From Hyalangium minutum (lineage in GTDB: Bacteria; Myxococcota; Myxococcia; Myxococcales; Myxococcaceae), in contig NZ_JMCB01000006.1 of NCBI RefSeq assembly GCF_000737315.1, forward strand, positions 20,001 through 268,000: 248,000 nucleotides of DNA, read 5' to 3'. The translations under genes and the position numbers were made by a program. The notes under the pieces were generated by a model. The model was not told the DNA's origin and did not search any database. It was given only the letters and a program-made list of their open reading frames with translations. Every line of letters starts with the position of its first letter. Position 1 is the stretch's first letter. Shown one piece after another: positions 215,218 through 229,514 of the stretch.

Positions 215218-216060
215218 TCAGCGGCGGCGCTTGCCCAACACGTCGATCTGAGTGGCGTACGTATCCCCGGCCACGAGATCGAATGAGGCGCGTACCTCAC
215301 TCCCCTGCCGGATGCGGGTCACCGGAATGCGCCGCTGGCCACTCCTGGCGCGCGAGTCCTCGTTCAGGCGCAGGACGTACGGCTCACCGGTCTCGGAGTC
215401 GATGACCTCGATGGAGCGCTTGGAGACCTTGCTCACGCGGCCCTCCACCATGGAGCTGGCGATGGGCTGTGGCTGCTGCTCCTGCTGAGAGCCCGAGCCC
215501 CCTGTGCCCGTCTCCGCGCTCTGGGCATGGGTGGAGCGGCGGACGCCCTTCACTTCGTCAAGCTCCGCTCGGAGCCGATCCACCTCGGCCCGCAGCTGGG
215601 CGACTTCCACCCGAACATCATTGGAGGCAGAGCCCACCGAAGTGCGCTCGTTCGCACGAGGTGAGCTGGTCGCGATATCGCCACTGCCAGCACCCACTGC
215701 GCTCCCCGCGCTGCCCACGGTGCCAGTACCTGTTCCGGTACCTGTCCCGGTTCCGGCCATGCCCGGCTCAGCAGGCCCATAGAAGGTCTGTCCCACGCCC
215801 GGGGCGGCTCCGGGGGCCTGGCCTCCCGCGACCTGCGACTGGGGCTGGGGCTGGGGCTGGACCGAGAACGAGCCCGCTGCCGGTGGCCCGCCCAGCGCCG
215901 CACCCCCGCTCGCTCCCTGGCCTTGCGGGGTGACTGCACCACCGGCAGCGCTTCCAACGGGCGCACCAGTGCCCGCCCCTCCGCCACTCTGCTGGGCGTG
216001 GCTCGTCTGGGACAGGCAGAACGTGGCCGCGAGTGCAGCCGCCAGGATGACCTTTCTCAT
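215218..216060 (-). CDS. Secreted low-complexity protein with C-terminal OB/DUF5666-like domain
   Basis: Signal peptide; VEGRVSKV...GSEVRASF. Confidence 0.55.
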   Translation of the reverse strand: MRKVILAAALAATFCLSQTSHAQQSGGGAGTGAPVGSAAGGAVTPQGQGASGGAALGGPPAAGSFSVQPQPQPQSQVAGGQAPGAAPGVGQTFYGPAEPGMAGTGTGTGTGTGTVGSAGSAVGAGSGDIATSSPRANERTSVGSASNDVRVEVAQLRAEVDRLRAELDEVKGVRRSTHAQSAETGTGGSGSQQEQQPQPIASSMVEGRVSKVSKRSIEVIDSETGEPYVLRLNEDSRARSGQRRIPVTRIRQGSEVRASFDLVAGDTYATQIDVLGKRRR

Positions 216061-216316
216061 GGGCTCGGCTCCTCTTTCATTCCCCTGCAGGGAAGTTGGG
216101 TTGCCAACACCCCGTCACCAAGGGGGGCGCGCCCCGCCCTCCGCATGCCTGCCCGCTGGCGAGAGGCTCCTGCGAGCCAGACTGCTGTTCAGTGCCGGTC
216201 ACAACACACGCTCAGTACAGAGCGAACGCTCTTTCATCTCTTCGACAGACCTTGAACCCCCCCCGACATGCCTCCACCTTGGACTGGCACGCAACAAAGA
216301 GAGGGACGGCAGGGCG

Positions 216317-218455
<2,139 letters not shown>

Positions 218456-218471
218456 CCCCACAAAGACCACG

Positions 218472-218503
218472 GGCCGGCTCCCAGGGGGTAAGAGCCGGCC
218501 CGC
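218472..218503. terminator. GC-rich hairpin after glgX
   Basis: gggccggctc/gagccggccc inverted repeat; weak U-tail. Confidence 0.5.
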
Positions 218504-218709
218504 TTGGCGCTTCAGGCGACTGCCAGGGTGGGGGCCCCGCCCTGAAGCTAACGAGTGCTCGCTGGCCGCGGATCAAGCGCCTTCGCTCCGGGGGAACAGC
218601 GAGACAAGAGCTTTCTATCAATTCACGAGTATTCTTGTAAACCGCGAATTTAGCAAAAGACGAATTATCCAATTTTGGCGGGCCCTTAGCCCTGCTCCGC
218701 TTCGAGGGC

Positions 218710-219324
218710 TCAGACGTCGAAGAAGTCCACTTCGCCGCTCTCCAGGCTGTACTCGGCGCCCACCACGCGCAGGCCCTGCTCCAGCACCAGGCGCTCCAGC
218801 AGCGCCGAGCCGTGCTTGAGGTGGCTCACCGAGGCGCGGACGTTGGCGCGCACCGCCTCGTGGATCAGCCGCGGCCGGTCCTTGGCCAGCTCCGTGTGCA
218901 CCAGCGCCTCGATGGCGGGCCGCACCCGGCTCACGATGGAGAGCAGGTTGGGCGAGCGCGGCACGTCCGGCTTCTCGATGACTTCGAGCGTCGTATCGAT
219001 GGCGCCACAGAACGTGTGGCCCATCACCACCACGAGCCGGGTGCCGAAGGCCTCGGCGGCGAACTCGACGCTGCCCACCTGCGAGGGCGCGACGATGTTG
219101 CCCGCCACGCGGATGACGAACAGGTCTCCAAGCCCCTGATCAAAGACGATCTCCGCGGGCACCCGCGAGTCCGAGCACCCGAGCACGATGGCGAAGGGCT
219201 TCTGGCCTTGCACCAGCTCGTCCCGCCGGAGCTGGCTCATCATGGCCTCGGTGCTGCGGAGGTGGTTGACGAACCTCCGGTTGCCGTCCTTCAGCCGCTG
219301 CAGCGCCTCCTGGGGATCCACCAT
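218710..219324 (-). CDS. Beta-class carbonic anhydrase
   Basis: GCSDSRV, RVAGN, GHTFCGA. Confidence 0.92.
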   Translation of the reverse strand: MVDPQEALQRLKDGNRRFVNHLRSTEAMMSQLRRDELVQGQKPFAIVLGCSDSRVPAEIVFDQGLGDLFVIRVAGNIVAPSQVGSVEFAAEAFGTRLVVVMGHTFCGAIDTTLEVIEKPDVPRSPNLLSIVSRVRPAIEALVHTELAKDRPRLIHEAVRANVRASVSHLKHGSALLERLVLEQGLRVVGAEYSLESGEVDFFDV

Positions 219325-219500
219325 GCCGACTCCTCTACCCCAGGGCCCCGCCCTGCCGCGAGGAGAACCGCGCCCCCGTTTGTGTCGCCCCCGGGACGGG
219401 ACACGGGCCTCGCTGTCCCCACGGGCTCGGGGTAGCCTGCGCCCCCTTCATCCCTCAGCCGCCGGCCGTGGCAGCGCGGACCGGCGCAGGAGCCCGCCGC

Positions 219501-221315
219501 ATGTCGTCCCCGAACCACTACAAGCCCAACCTGCGCGACCTGTACTTCAACCTCTTTGAGTTCCTCGACATCGGCCGCACCTCGCTGGGCAAGGGTCCCT
219601 TCGGCGACATCGACGAGACGGCGGCGCGGCAGACGCTGGAGACATTCGCGCAGGTGTGCGTGAACGAGGTCGCCCCCAGCTTCGCCGAGTCCGAGCACGC
219701 GCCGCCCGTGCTGGAGAACGGCGAGGTGAAGCTGCCGCCGCTGCTCAAGAAGGCCATCTCCGCCTACTACGACGCGGGGATGAACCAGCTGGAGCTGCCT
219801 CCTCACATGGGAGGCCTGGGCGCGCCGCCGTCGCTGGCCTGGGGCGCCTTCGAGCTGCTGGTGGGCGCCAGCGCGCCGGTGGCCTTCTACACGCTGGGCA
219901 CGCTCGTCTCGCGCGTCATCGACCGGCTGGGCACCGAGGCCCAGAAGAAGCGCTTCCTGCCCGCCATCACCGAGCAGCGGTGGATTGGCACCATGGTGCT
220001 CACCGAGCCGGACGCCGGCAGCGACGTGGGCGCCGCGCGCGCCAAGGCGCGGCACGTGGGCGGGGACGTGTGGGAGATTGAAGGCGTCAAGCGCTTCATC
220101 ACCAGCGCGGAGCATGACGCCTCCGAGAATATCATCCACATGGTGTTGGCGCGGCCCGAGGGCGCGGGGCCGGGCACCAAGGGCCTGTCGCTGTTCATCG
220201 TCCCGAAGTTCTGGGTGGAGGAGGACGGCAAGCTGGGCGAGCGCAACGGGGTGGTGTGCACCAAGCTCGAGAAGAAGATGGGCCTCAAGGGCTCCGTCAC
220301 CTGCGAGCTGACGTTCGGGGACGGCAAGCCGGCGCGCGGCCTGCTGCTCGGCGAGGTGCACGAGGGCATCCGGCAGATGTTCCACATCATCGAGCAGGCG
220401 CGCATGGCGGTGGGCATGAAGTCCATGGCCACGCTGTCCACCGCGTACCTGAACGCGCTGGAGTTCACCCAGGACCGCAAGCAGGGCTCGGACCTGCTCG
220501 CCGCGCGCGACAAGACGGCCCCGCGCGTGGCCATCATCCGCCACCCGGACGTGCGCCGCATGCTGATGGCGCAGAAGGCCCACGCCGAGGGCATGCGCGC
220601 CCTGGCCCTCTTCACCGCCTCCATCCAGGACCAGGTGGAGATCAAGGGCGGCCACCGCGCGCTGGAGGCCGCGGAGCTGGACGCGCTCAACGACTTGCTG
220701 CTGCCGCTGGTGAAGGGCTACTGCTCGGAGAAGGCGTACGAGCTGCTGGCGGTGTCGCTGCAGTGCTTCGGCGGCTCGGGGTACCTGGCGGACTACCCGG
220801 TGGAGCAGTACATCCGCGACCAGAAGATCGACACGCTCTACGAGGGCACCACGCACATCCAGGCGCTGGACCTCATCATGCGCAAGCTGGCGCGCGACGG
220901 CGGGGCCACCTTCCAGGGGCTGCTGGGGCAGATCCGGCAGACGGCCGAGTCGGACCTGGGTGGCAAGGAGCTGGAGACGGAGCGCAAGGCGCTGGGCGAG
221001 GCGCTGGGCGCGCTGGAGACGATGCTCGGCGCGCTCATGGGCAAGCTGGGCGAGTCGCTCTACCACGTGGGCCTGCAGGGCAACCGGGTGCTGGCCTCGG
221101 TGGCGGAAGTGGTGATCGGCTGGCTGCTGGTGCGCCACGCGGCGGTGGCGCTGGAGCGCACCAAGGTGAACCCGGGCGACAAGGCCTTCTACGCGGGCAA
221201 GCTCGCCTCGGCGCGCTGGTTCTGCAAGGAGGTGCTGCCGAACATCGCGCACCATGCGCGTATGGTGGAGCAGGGCAGCCTGGACCTGATGGAAGTGCCC
221301 GACGAGGCCTTCTAG
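219501..221315 (+). CDS. Acyl-CoA dehydrogenase
   Basis: TEPDAGSD, KRFITS, GGSGY..DYP, YEGT. Confidence 0.92.
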   Translation: MSSPNHYKPNLRDLYFNLFEFLDIGRTSLGKGPFGDIDETAARQTLETFAQVCVNEVAPSFAESEHAPPVLENGEVKLPPLLKKAISAYYDAGMNQLELPPHMGGLGAPPSLAWGAFELLVGASAPVAFYTLGTLVSRVIDRLGTEAQKKRFLPAITEQRWIGTMVLTEPDAGSDVGAARAKARHVGGDVWEIEGVKRFITSAEHDASENIIHMVLARPEGAGPGTKGLSLFIVPKFWVEEDGKLGERNGVVCTKLEKKMGLKGSVTCELTFGDGKPARGLLLGEVHEGIRQMFHIIEQARMAVGMKSMATLSTAYLNALEFTQDRKQGSDLLAARDKTAPRVAIIRHPDVRRMLMAQKAHAEGMRALALFTASIQDQVEIKGGHRALEAAELDALNDLLLPLVKGYCSEKAYELLAVSLQCFGGSGYLADYPVEQYIRDQKIDTLYEGTTHIQALDLIMRKLARDGGATFQGLLGQIRQTAESDLGGKELETERKALGEALGALETMLGALMGKLGESLYHVGLQGNRVLASVAEVVIGWLLVRHAAVALERTKVNPGDKAFYAGKLASARWFCKEVLPNIAHHARMVEQGSLDLMEVPDEAF

Positions 221316-221421
221316 AGGAATTCCGCGGGGTTGGCGGCGGGCACGTCCCTCAGTGAACATTGACTTGCCCGTCAGTACGACGGTAGAGCCTCCTGCCCGG
221401 AACGCCTGATCGGGAGGATCG

Positions 221422-222471
221422 ATGTCGTCGAGGACAGCCCCAACAGACTACGAGGTCGTGCAGAACGCCGAGCCGCACCCGGCTCGCACGGCCGCCATCC
221501 TCAGAGCCCACCCGGAGGTGCGCAAGCTGTTCGGGCGCACCCCGGCCACCGCGCTGTTCGTGCCCATCATCCTGGTGATGCAGTTCGGCACGGCGTGGAT
221601 GGTGAAGGACCAGCCGTGGTGGGTCATCGTCCTGGCGGCGTACACGCTGGGCGCCATCGTCAACAACACCTGCTACGTCATCATCCACGAGGCCACGCAC
221701 AGCCTCATCTTCAAGGGCCGCATGGGCAACCTGCTGGCGGCCATCGGGGCGGATCTGGTGCACGTCATCCCCTCGGCGGTGACGTTCACGCGCTTCCACC
221801 TGGTGCACCACCGGCACCAGGGCGAGTTCGACCTGGACGCGGACCTGCCCTCGCACGCCGAGGCGAAGCTGGTGGGCAACAGCACCCTCATGAAGGCGCT
221901 GTGGGTCACCTTCTTCCCGCTGATGCAGGCGCTGCGCATGCCGCGCTTCTCCAAGCTGGTCAGCTTCTGGGAGCCGTGGACGGTGGTGAACGCGCTGGCG
222001 GTGTTCGCGGTGGACGCGGCCGTGTTGTTCCTGATGGGGCCCTGGGCGTTCCTCTACATCGTCCTGAGCATCTTCTTCTCCATCGGCCTGCACCCGCTGG
222101 GCGGCCGGCTCATCCAGGAGCACTTCATCGTGGCCCACCCGCAGGAGACGTACTCCTACTATGGGCCGTGGAACCTCACCGCGCTGAACGTGGGCTACCA
222201 CAACGAGCACCATGACTTCTCCGCGGTGCCGTGGAACAAGCTGCCGCAGGTGCGCGCGCTGGCGCCCGAGCACTACGACACGCTGGTGTGGCACCGCTCG
222301 TGGACGGGGCTGCTGGTGAAGTTCATCTTTGATCCGTCGCTGAGCCTCTACAGCCGCATCACCCGCCCCGGTCCGCAGAAGCGCAAGGTGCTCACGGGCG
222401 GCGTGGGCCGCGTGCCGGACTCGGTGGAGTCGCTGCAGAAGCCGCCTTCCGCCGTCGACTCGGCCGCCTGA
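221422..222471 (+). CDS. Sphingolipid delta-4 desaturase/hydroxylase (DES1-like)
   Basis: PHPART..IL..HPEV.KL (Lipid_DES-like); HEATH, HLVHH, HPLGG, GYHNEHHDF. Confidence 0.82.
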   Translation: MSSRTAPTDYEVVQNAEPHPARTAAILRAHPEVRKLFGRTPATALFVPIILVMQFGTAWMVKDQPWWVIVLAAYTLGAIVNNTCYVIIHEATHSLIFKGRMGNLLAAIGADLVHVIPSAVTFTRFHLVHHRHQGEFDLDADLPSHAEAKLVGNSTLMKALWVTFFPLMQALRMPRFSKLVSFWEPWTVVNALAVFAVDAAVLFLMGPWAFLYIVLSIFFSIGLHPLGGRLIQEHFIVAHPQETYSYYGPWNLTALNVGYHNEHHDFSAVPWNKLPQVRALAPEHYDTLVWHRSWTGLLVKFIFDPSLSLYSRITRPGPQKRKVLTGGVGRVPDSVESLQKPPSAVDSAA

Positions 222472-222516
222472 GTGCTGCGATAGTCTCGCGCCTCAACACC
222501 ACTGGAGAGGAACTCG

Positions 222517-222927
222517 ATGGGTCTTGCAGAGAAGCGCGCAGTGGCGGCTTACCAGAAGGACAAGTGGCCGACGTGGCAGCAGAAGCTGAACGCCATCACT
222601 GGCTTTGAGCCCACCTACGAGATCGCGTGGGATCAGCTGGCCAAGGAGGGCTACTCGGCCGAGTACCCCACCATGTTCGACTACAACTTCTTCGAGCCCT
222701 TGGAGATCGCGCTGAAGTCGATCTGCCAGGACGACCTGGGCAAGGACGCCCTCAAGGAGAAGATCAAGAAGGTCTCCATCACCAGCACCCGGAGCTGGTG
222801 CTCGCTGGAGGTCAAGATCGAGGGCGACACGCTCAAGCTCGACGCGGATCCTTCCTATGAGCGCTCGAACGGGAGCGTGACCTCCTACGCGGACAAGATG
222901 CGCCTGGCGCTCGAGGCCGCGCTGTAG
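222517..222927 (+). CDS. Hypothetical protein
   Basis: RBS ggagagg; MGLAEKRA family-like start. Confidence 0.65.
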   Translation: MGLAEKRAVAAYQKDKWPTWQQKLNAITGFEPTYEIAWDQLAKEGYSAEYPTMFDYNFFEPLEIALKSICQDDLGKDALKEKIKKVSITSTRSWCSLEVKIEGDTLKLDADPSYERSNGSVTSYADKMRLALEAAL

Positions 222928-222935
222928 CTCCGGAC

Positions 222936-223349
222936 TCAGCCCCGGTTCGGCTCTTGGGAGACCGGGAGCCGGACCATGCGGTCCATCAAGTGCTCAAGGG
223001 CCTTCGCTGGGTCCTCGCACAGCCCCGAGTGGAACGGGGACGTCTGAATCACGGTGCTGCGCGGCGCGATGAGCCAGTGCCACCGCTCCTTCTGAGGCAG
223101 CTGCCCAATGGGCCCCGCGGTCCGGCCTCCCGCGCAGATGCGGGGAATGGCCTCCAGGTGGGCTCTCACGCCTTCCACATCCACCTCGGGCGCGAGCGCG
223201 AGAAGGCGCCGCTCGTCCAGCTCCACCTGGGCTCCGAGGAAGCGGTGGGTGAGGCAGTAGAGGATGACGCCCGCGTTGATGAACTCGCCGCGCTCCACGC
223301 GCGGCACGACGCGGATGATGGCGTAATCAAAAGAGCTGGGCGCGGGCAC
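222936..223349 (-). CDS. DUF3037 domain protein
   Basis: YAIIRVVPRVERGEFINAG, IQTSP.HSG. Confidence 0.88.
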   Translation of the reverse strand: MPAPSSFDYAIIRVVPRVERGEFINAGVILYCLTHRFLGAQVELDERRLLALAPEVDVEGVRAHLEAIPRICAGGRTAGPIGQLPQKERWHWLIAPRSTVIQTSPFHSGLCEDPAKALEHLMDRMVRLPVSQEPNRG

Positions 223350-224106
223350 GCTCCGCCTCCTCGATGAACTTCGGGGCCGCCTCGAGCCGCCCGCGCAGCC
223401 ACGCCAGGTACGCCTCGCGGTGGGCCTGCGGGGTGGAGAAGGCCTCCTCGTTGCCCAGCCACGCGTCGGGGATGAGCGCCACCGTGCGCTCCAGCACCTC
223501 GGGCGTCAGCCGGGTGCGCAGCGTGGCCTCCGTCGCGCGCAGCGCCGTGGCCCAGCGCAGCAGCACATGGTCCTTGATGGGAGCGAAGGCCGTCCCCGCG
223601 CGCTCCAGGTACCCGTCCCACGAGTGGTGGAAGTACATGGACGCGCCGTGGTCGATGAGCCAGAGCGCCTTGTGCCAGTGCAGCATGTTGGGGTTCTTCG
223701 GGGTCCGGTCCACGTTCGTCACGTAGGCATCGAAGCAGACGATCTCCGAGGCCTCCTGAGCGGAGGGCGGCGGGCCGGCGACCGGGTCGAACGTGATGGA
223801 GCCCGGCAGGTAGTCCATCGCCAGGTTCAGCCCTCCGCTGGCCTTGATGAGGTCACGGATCTCTCCGTCCGGCTCGGCGCGGCCCAGCACGGGGTCCAGG
223901 TGCATGAACACAAGCTCCGGGACGCGCAGGCCCATGGCACGGGCCAGTTCGCCCGCCACCAGCTCGGCGATGAGCACCTTGAGCCCCTGCCCCGCGCCTC
224001 GGAACTTCAGCACGTACAGCCCGGAGTCCTCCGCTTCGACGATGGCGGGCATCGAGCCCCCCTCGCGCAGCGGCGTCACGTACCTGGTCGCCGTCACCGT
224101 CCTCAT
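223327..224106 (-). CDS. HipA-like kinase
   Basis: LREGGS.P, KFRGAGQG, NVDRT.KNPN, IDHG. Confidence 0.82.
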   Translation of the reverse strand: MRTVTATRYVTPLREGGSMPAIVEAEDSGLYVLKFRGAGQGLKVLIAELVAGELARAMGLRVPELVFMHLDPVLGRAEPDGEIRDLIKASGGLNLAMDYLPGSITFDPVAGPPPSAQEASEIVCFDAYVTNVDRTPKNPNMLHWHKALWLIDHGASMYFHHSWDGYLERAGTAFAPIKDHVLLRWATALRATEATLRTRLTPEVLERTVALIPDAWLGNEEAFSTPQAHREAYLAWLRGRLEAAPKFIEEAERARAQLF

Positions 224107-224199
224107 GGTCCCGCACTTATCACGGCACCGCGCGTGCACCTTGAGTCCTGAAACTGGAAACAAGTAAGACGCGCTGAACCTGAATAATCGGAGGCGCCC

Positions 224200-225402
224200 A
224201 TGCGGATGCCCAGGACGGCGGTACTGGCGTTGCTCGTCACCCTCGCGTTCACCCCCGCGGCCCTGGCGGGCCAGAGCGCCTCGAAGCGCTGGGCGGCGAG
224301 CCGCGGCGACTTCACCGCGTGGCAGCTCAGCGGCGCGAGCCGTGCGGCGGATGGCTCGCTGCAGTTGCTGCCGGGCCAGTCGTGGGCGGGGACGGATCCG
224401 TATGGGCCCGGCGGCTTCGCGGGCGGCACGTACTACAACGGCGGCTCGTTCGTGCAGGGCGAGGTGACCAGCCCCATCGTCACGCCGTCCTTCGGCTTCC
224501 GGCAGGCCATTGCCTCGTGGGAGGCGCGCACGCCTCCGGGCACCTGGGTGGAGAGCTTCATCCGCGTGCAGGTGTCTGGCACCTGGACGAAGTGGTACAG
224601 CCTGGGCGTGTGGGCGGCGGATGGCTCGGCGGTGCAGCGGCACTCGGCCACCTCGCAGTCGGACAGCGTGGCGTACGTGGCCACGGACACACTTGTCGTC
224701 ACGGCGAAGAAGGCCTCGGCCACGGCGTGGCAGGTGAAGGTGCGGCTCTTCAGCGCCGATGGTGTGGCGACGCCGAGCCTGGATGCCAGCGCTGTGACGG
224801 TGTCTCTGGCGCCAGACCGGCCCTCCTCGTTCCCTCCGGGCAGCTCCACGCGCTGGAACACGGTGCTCGCGGTGCCACAGTGCTCGCAGATGGTGTACCC
224901 GGACGGCGGCGAGGTCTGGTGCAGCCCCACGTCCACGGCCATGGTGCTGCGATACTGGGTCGGCGAGTCCACGACCACCTGCGAGCCGCACGTGCGCGCG
225001 GCCGTGAGCGGCGTCCATGACTGGTACTACGACGGGCACGGCAACTGGCCGTTCAACACGGCGTATGCGGCGGCCCAGGGGCTCCAGGCGCATGTGTCTC
225101 GCTTCACGAGCTTCTCGCAGCTGGAGCCGTGGATCTCCGCGGGCGTCCCCGCCATCCTCAGCGTTGCCTGGCGCAGCGGTGAGCTGACGGGCGCGCCCAT
225201 CTCCTCCACGGCGGGTCACCTCATCGTGCTCGTGGGCTTCGATGCGGCGGGCAACCCCGTGGTGAATGATCCGGCGGGCGCCAGCAACACCGCCGTGCGC
225301 CGGACGTACCTGCGCTCGCAGCTAGAGCCGCTGTGGCAGAACGCTTCGGCGGGCACCGCGTATCTCATCTATCCCCAGGGCTGGACGGTGCCCGCCCTGT
225401 GA
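224200..225402 (+). CDS. Secreted peptidase C39-like protein
   Basis: SQM...GEVWCSPTS, GHLIV, VNDP. Confidence 0.82.
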   Translation: MRMPRTAVLALLVTLAFTPAALAGQSASKRWAASRGDFTAWQLSGASRAADGSLQLLPGQSWAGTDPYGPGGFAGGTYYNGGSFVQGEVTSPIVTPSFGFRQAIASWEARTPPGTWVESFIRVQVSGTWTKWYSLGVWAADGSAVQRHSATSQSDSVAYVATDTLVVTAKKASATAWQVKVRLFSADGVATPSLDASAVTVSLAPDRPSSFPPGSSTRWNTVLAVPQCSQMVYPDGGEVWCSPTSTAMVLRYWVGESTTTCEPHVRAAVSGVHDWYYDGHGNWPFNTAYAAAQGLQAHVSRFTSFSQLEPWISAGVPAILSVAWRSGELTGAPISSTAGHLIVLVGFDAAGNPVVNDPAGASNTAVRRTYLRSQLEPLWQNASAGTAYLIYPQGWTVPAL

Positions 225403-225872
225403 GCGGTGCGTCCCACACCTTCTCGTTCGCCTCGATCCTGGCAGCGCCTCCCGAGAAGGTGTGGGCTCGCGTGAGCACCTTGTCGGGCGTGAACGCGGAG
225501 ATGGCGCCCTGGTTCCGGATGACCGGGCCCCAGGGCGTCGATCACCTCGAGCCCGGGCAGCTCGCGCTGGGCCAGCGGCTCTTCCGGTCGTGGCTGCTGC
225601 TCTTCGGGGTGCTGCCGCTGGACTACGACGACCTCACCTTCGTGCGGTTCGAGCCGGGCAAGGGCTTCCTGGAGCGCTCGCGGATGATCTCCGCGAAGGT
225701 GTGGGAGCACGAGCGAACACTTGAGCCCCACCCCGAGGGCACGCTGCTCACCGATCGCATCCGCTTCGAGCCGCGCCTGCCCCTGCCCGGGCTCCGAGGG
225801 CTGTACAGCAGCGTGTTCCGCCACCGCCACGCGCAGCTGCGGCGGCACTTCGGCGGGCGGCTCGCGAGCTGA
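225399..225872 (+). CDS. SRPBCC-like protein
   Basis: APPEKVW, WEHER, LTDRI.F; GTGA overlap. Confidence 0.65.
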   Translation: MSGASHTFSFASILAAPPEKVWARVSTLSGVNAEMAPWFRMTGPQGVDHLEPGQLALGQRLFRSWLLLFGVLPLDYDDLTFVRFEPGKGFLERSRMISAKVWEHERTLEPHPEGTLLTDRIRFEPRLPLPGLRGLYSSVFRHRHAQLRRHFGGRLAS

Positions 225873-226005
225873 GGGTTCGGAGCCCCGCTCTTACTGAAAG
225901 ACAGGCACACTGCGGGTACGCCCGGTCCTCACGGCGCAGAGCGCCATGCTTCCGCTCGTGCTGGACAGCCGCGAGTGAAGCAGGCACCGTGCCCGCCCTC
226001 GCGCC

Positions 226006-228117
<2,112 letters not shown>

Positions 228118-228121
228118 TCCC

Positions 228122-229514
228122 GTGTCACGCCTGCTTTCTCTGGCATTGCTGATGCTGCTGTCCACCGCGCTGGTGGGCGGCAGTTGTGACGAGCCGGAGG
228201 CGGTGGGCCTCGAAGAGCTGCAGCGGGACGTTCCTCCGCCCTTCGATTACGCGCTGTACTGCGACGTCCACGGGAAGCTCGTGGGCGATCGCTCCGCTGT
228301 GCTGCTCGTGCACCGCGCCGAACACCTCGAGCGTGTGTATGCCGACGCACAGGCGGGAGACCGTCGCGCCCAGGCCCTCTTCCGCCAGCTGGAGGCCGTC
228401 CTCCAGCGCACCGGAGCGGAGCTGGCGGACCGTTCGCTGGGATTCACCTGTAACTCCCTGCCAGCCTGCGTGGTGGCCTGGCACCAGCTGGACGCGTTCA
228501 TGCCTTCGCGCGGCGCGGGAGGCATGCGCCTGCGGCAGGTGATGGCGGACAGCTTTGTTTGCGCGCGAGGCCAAGCTCAAGCACGTGCGCAACACCGTCA
228601 TCTCCGCGGCGCTCGACGTGCTGCTGGTGGGCACGGTGCTCAAAACGGGCGCTACGGGTACGGCTGGGGTGGCGGCGGGCACGGCAGAAGCCTCGGCAGG
228701 CACCGTGGAGGCGGGGAGACTGGCGCTGGCTGGGGTGGAGACACGTCTGGCGGAGGAGGAGCTGCCAGCGCTGGAAGCCCGGATGGTCGAGGCCGAGGCG
228801 CTGGAGGTGGGCCCTCGATACCCCGCCCGCCTGGAAGCATTGACACGCTACCGGCCTTCGGGCGCCCAGCCACCCTCGGGAGTGGAAGCCGACCATCCCC
228901 GGTGGACCAGCTACGTGGCCTACTGGGAGCGGCGCTACGAGGAGCTCGCGGGCACCCGACCTCTGTCACAGGGGCAAGTTGCGGTGAAGCCTCCTCTGAC
229001 GTGGGACGCCTATTCGTCCCTACTCGGAAGGTTCCAACGCTCGCTGGAGTTTCAGCGCAGCGCGTCGCGCATGCTTCAGCAGGCTCGCGAACCTGGCAGC
229101 CCTCGGGAGTGGGTGCCCGACATGAAGCAGCCGCTGGCCGCAGAGAACACGGGCCTGAAGCATGAAGGCAGCGACCTTGTCACCTACGCGGATGCTCTGG
229201 TCGTGGACGACGCCTCACTAGGCTCGGGCACTCGGCCGAATGTTCAAACCTTCAGCATGAAGCAGCGCGACTTCGCCGCCATGAGCGAAGGCGACGCCTT
229301 CAAGCAAGCACAGATTGATGCCTTTGAAGCACAGACGAAAGACGGGGGAACCGTCGAAGTGCGCAGGCGTGGCCATCCTCTCTTCGGAAAGAAAGTGGTC
229401 GTGACCCGAGTGCACCTCGTTTATGACGGGAAGGATCTCTCGCTCTCCATCAAGAACGCCCTCTTGAGAGGAGCGCGCAGCCAAAAGGTTGAACTCCACC
229501 TCCATGTCCCCTGA
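228122..229514 (+). pseudogene. Frameshifted polymorphic toxin with nuclease-like C-terminus
   Basis: TTTG tandem duplication at 228554-228561 splits a signal-bearing ORF from a toxin-like ORF; removing one copy restores ..ADSFAREAK.. Confidence 0.72.

Noticed and set aside
218595-218680. Short AT-rich patch between convergent glgX and carbonic anhydrase
   Set aside because: Under 100 bp, with no ORF, repeat ends or RNA structure I can support
223327-225219. 630-aa ORF as one protein
   Set aside because: Upstream part is antisense to the C39 peptidase; the real kinase starts at 224106
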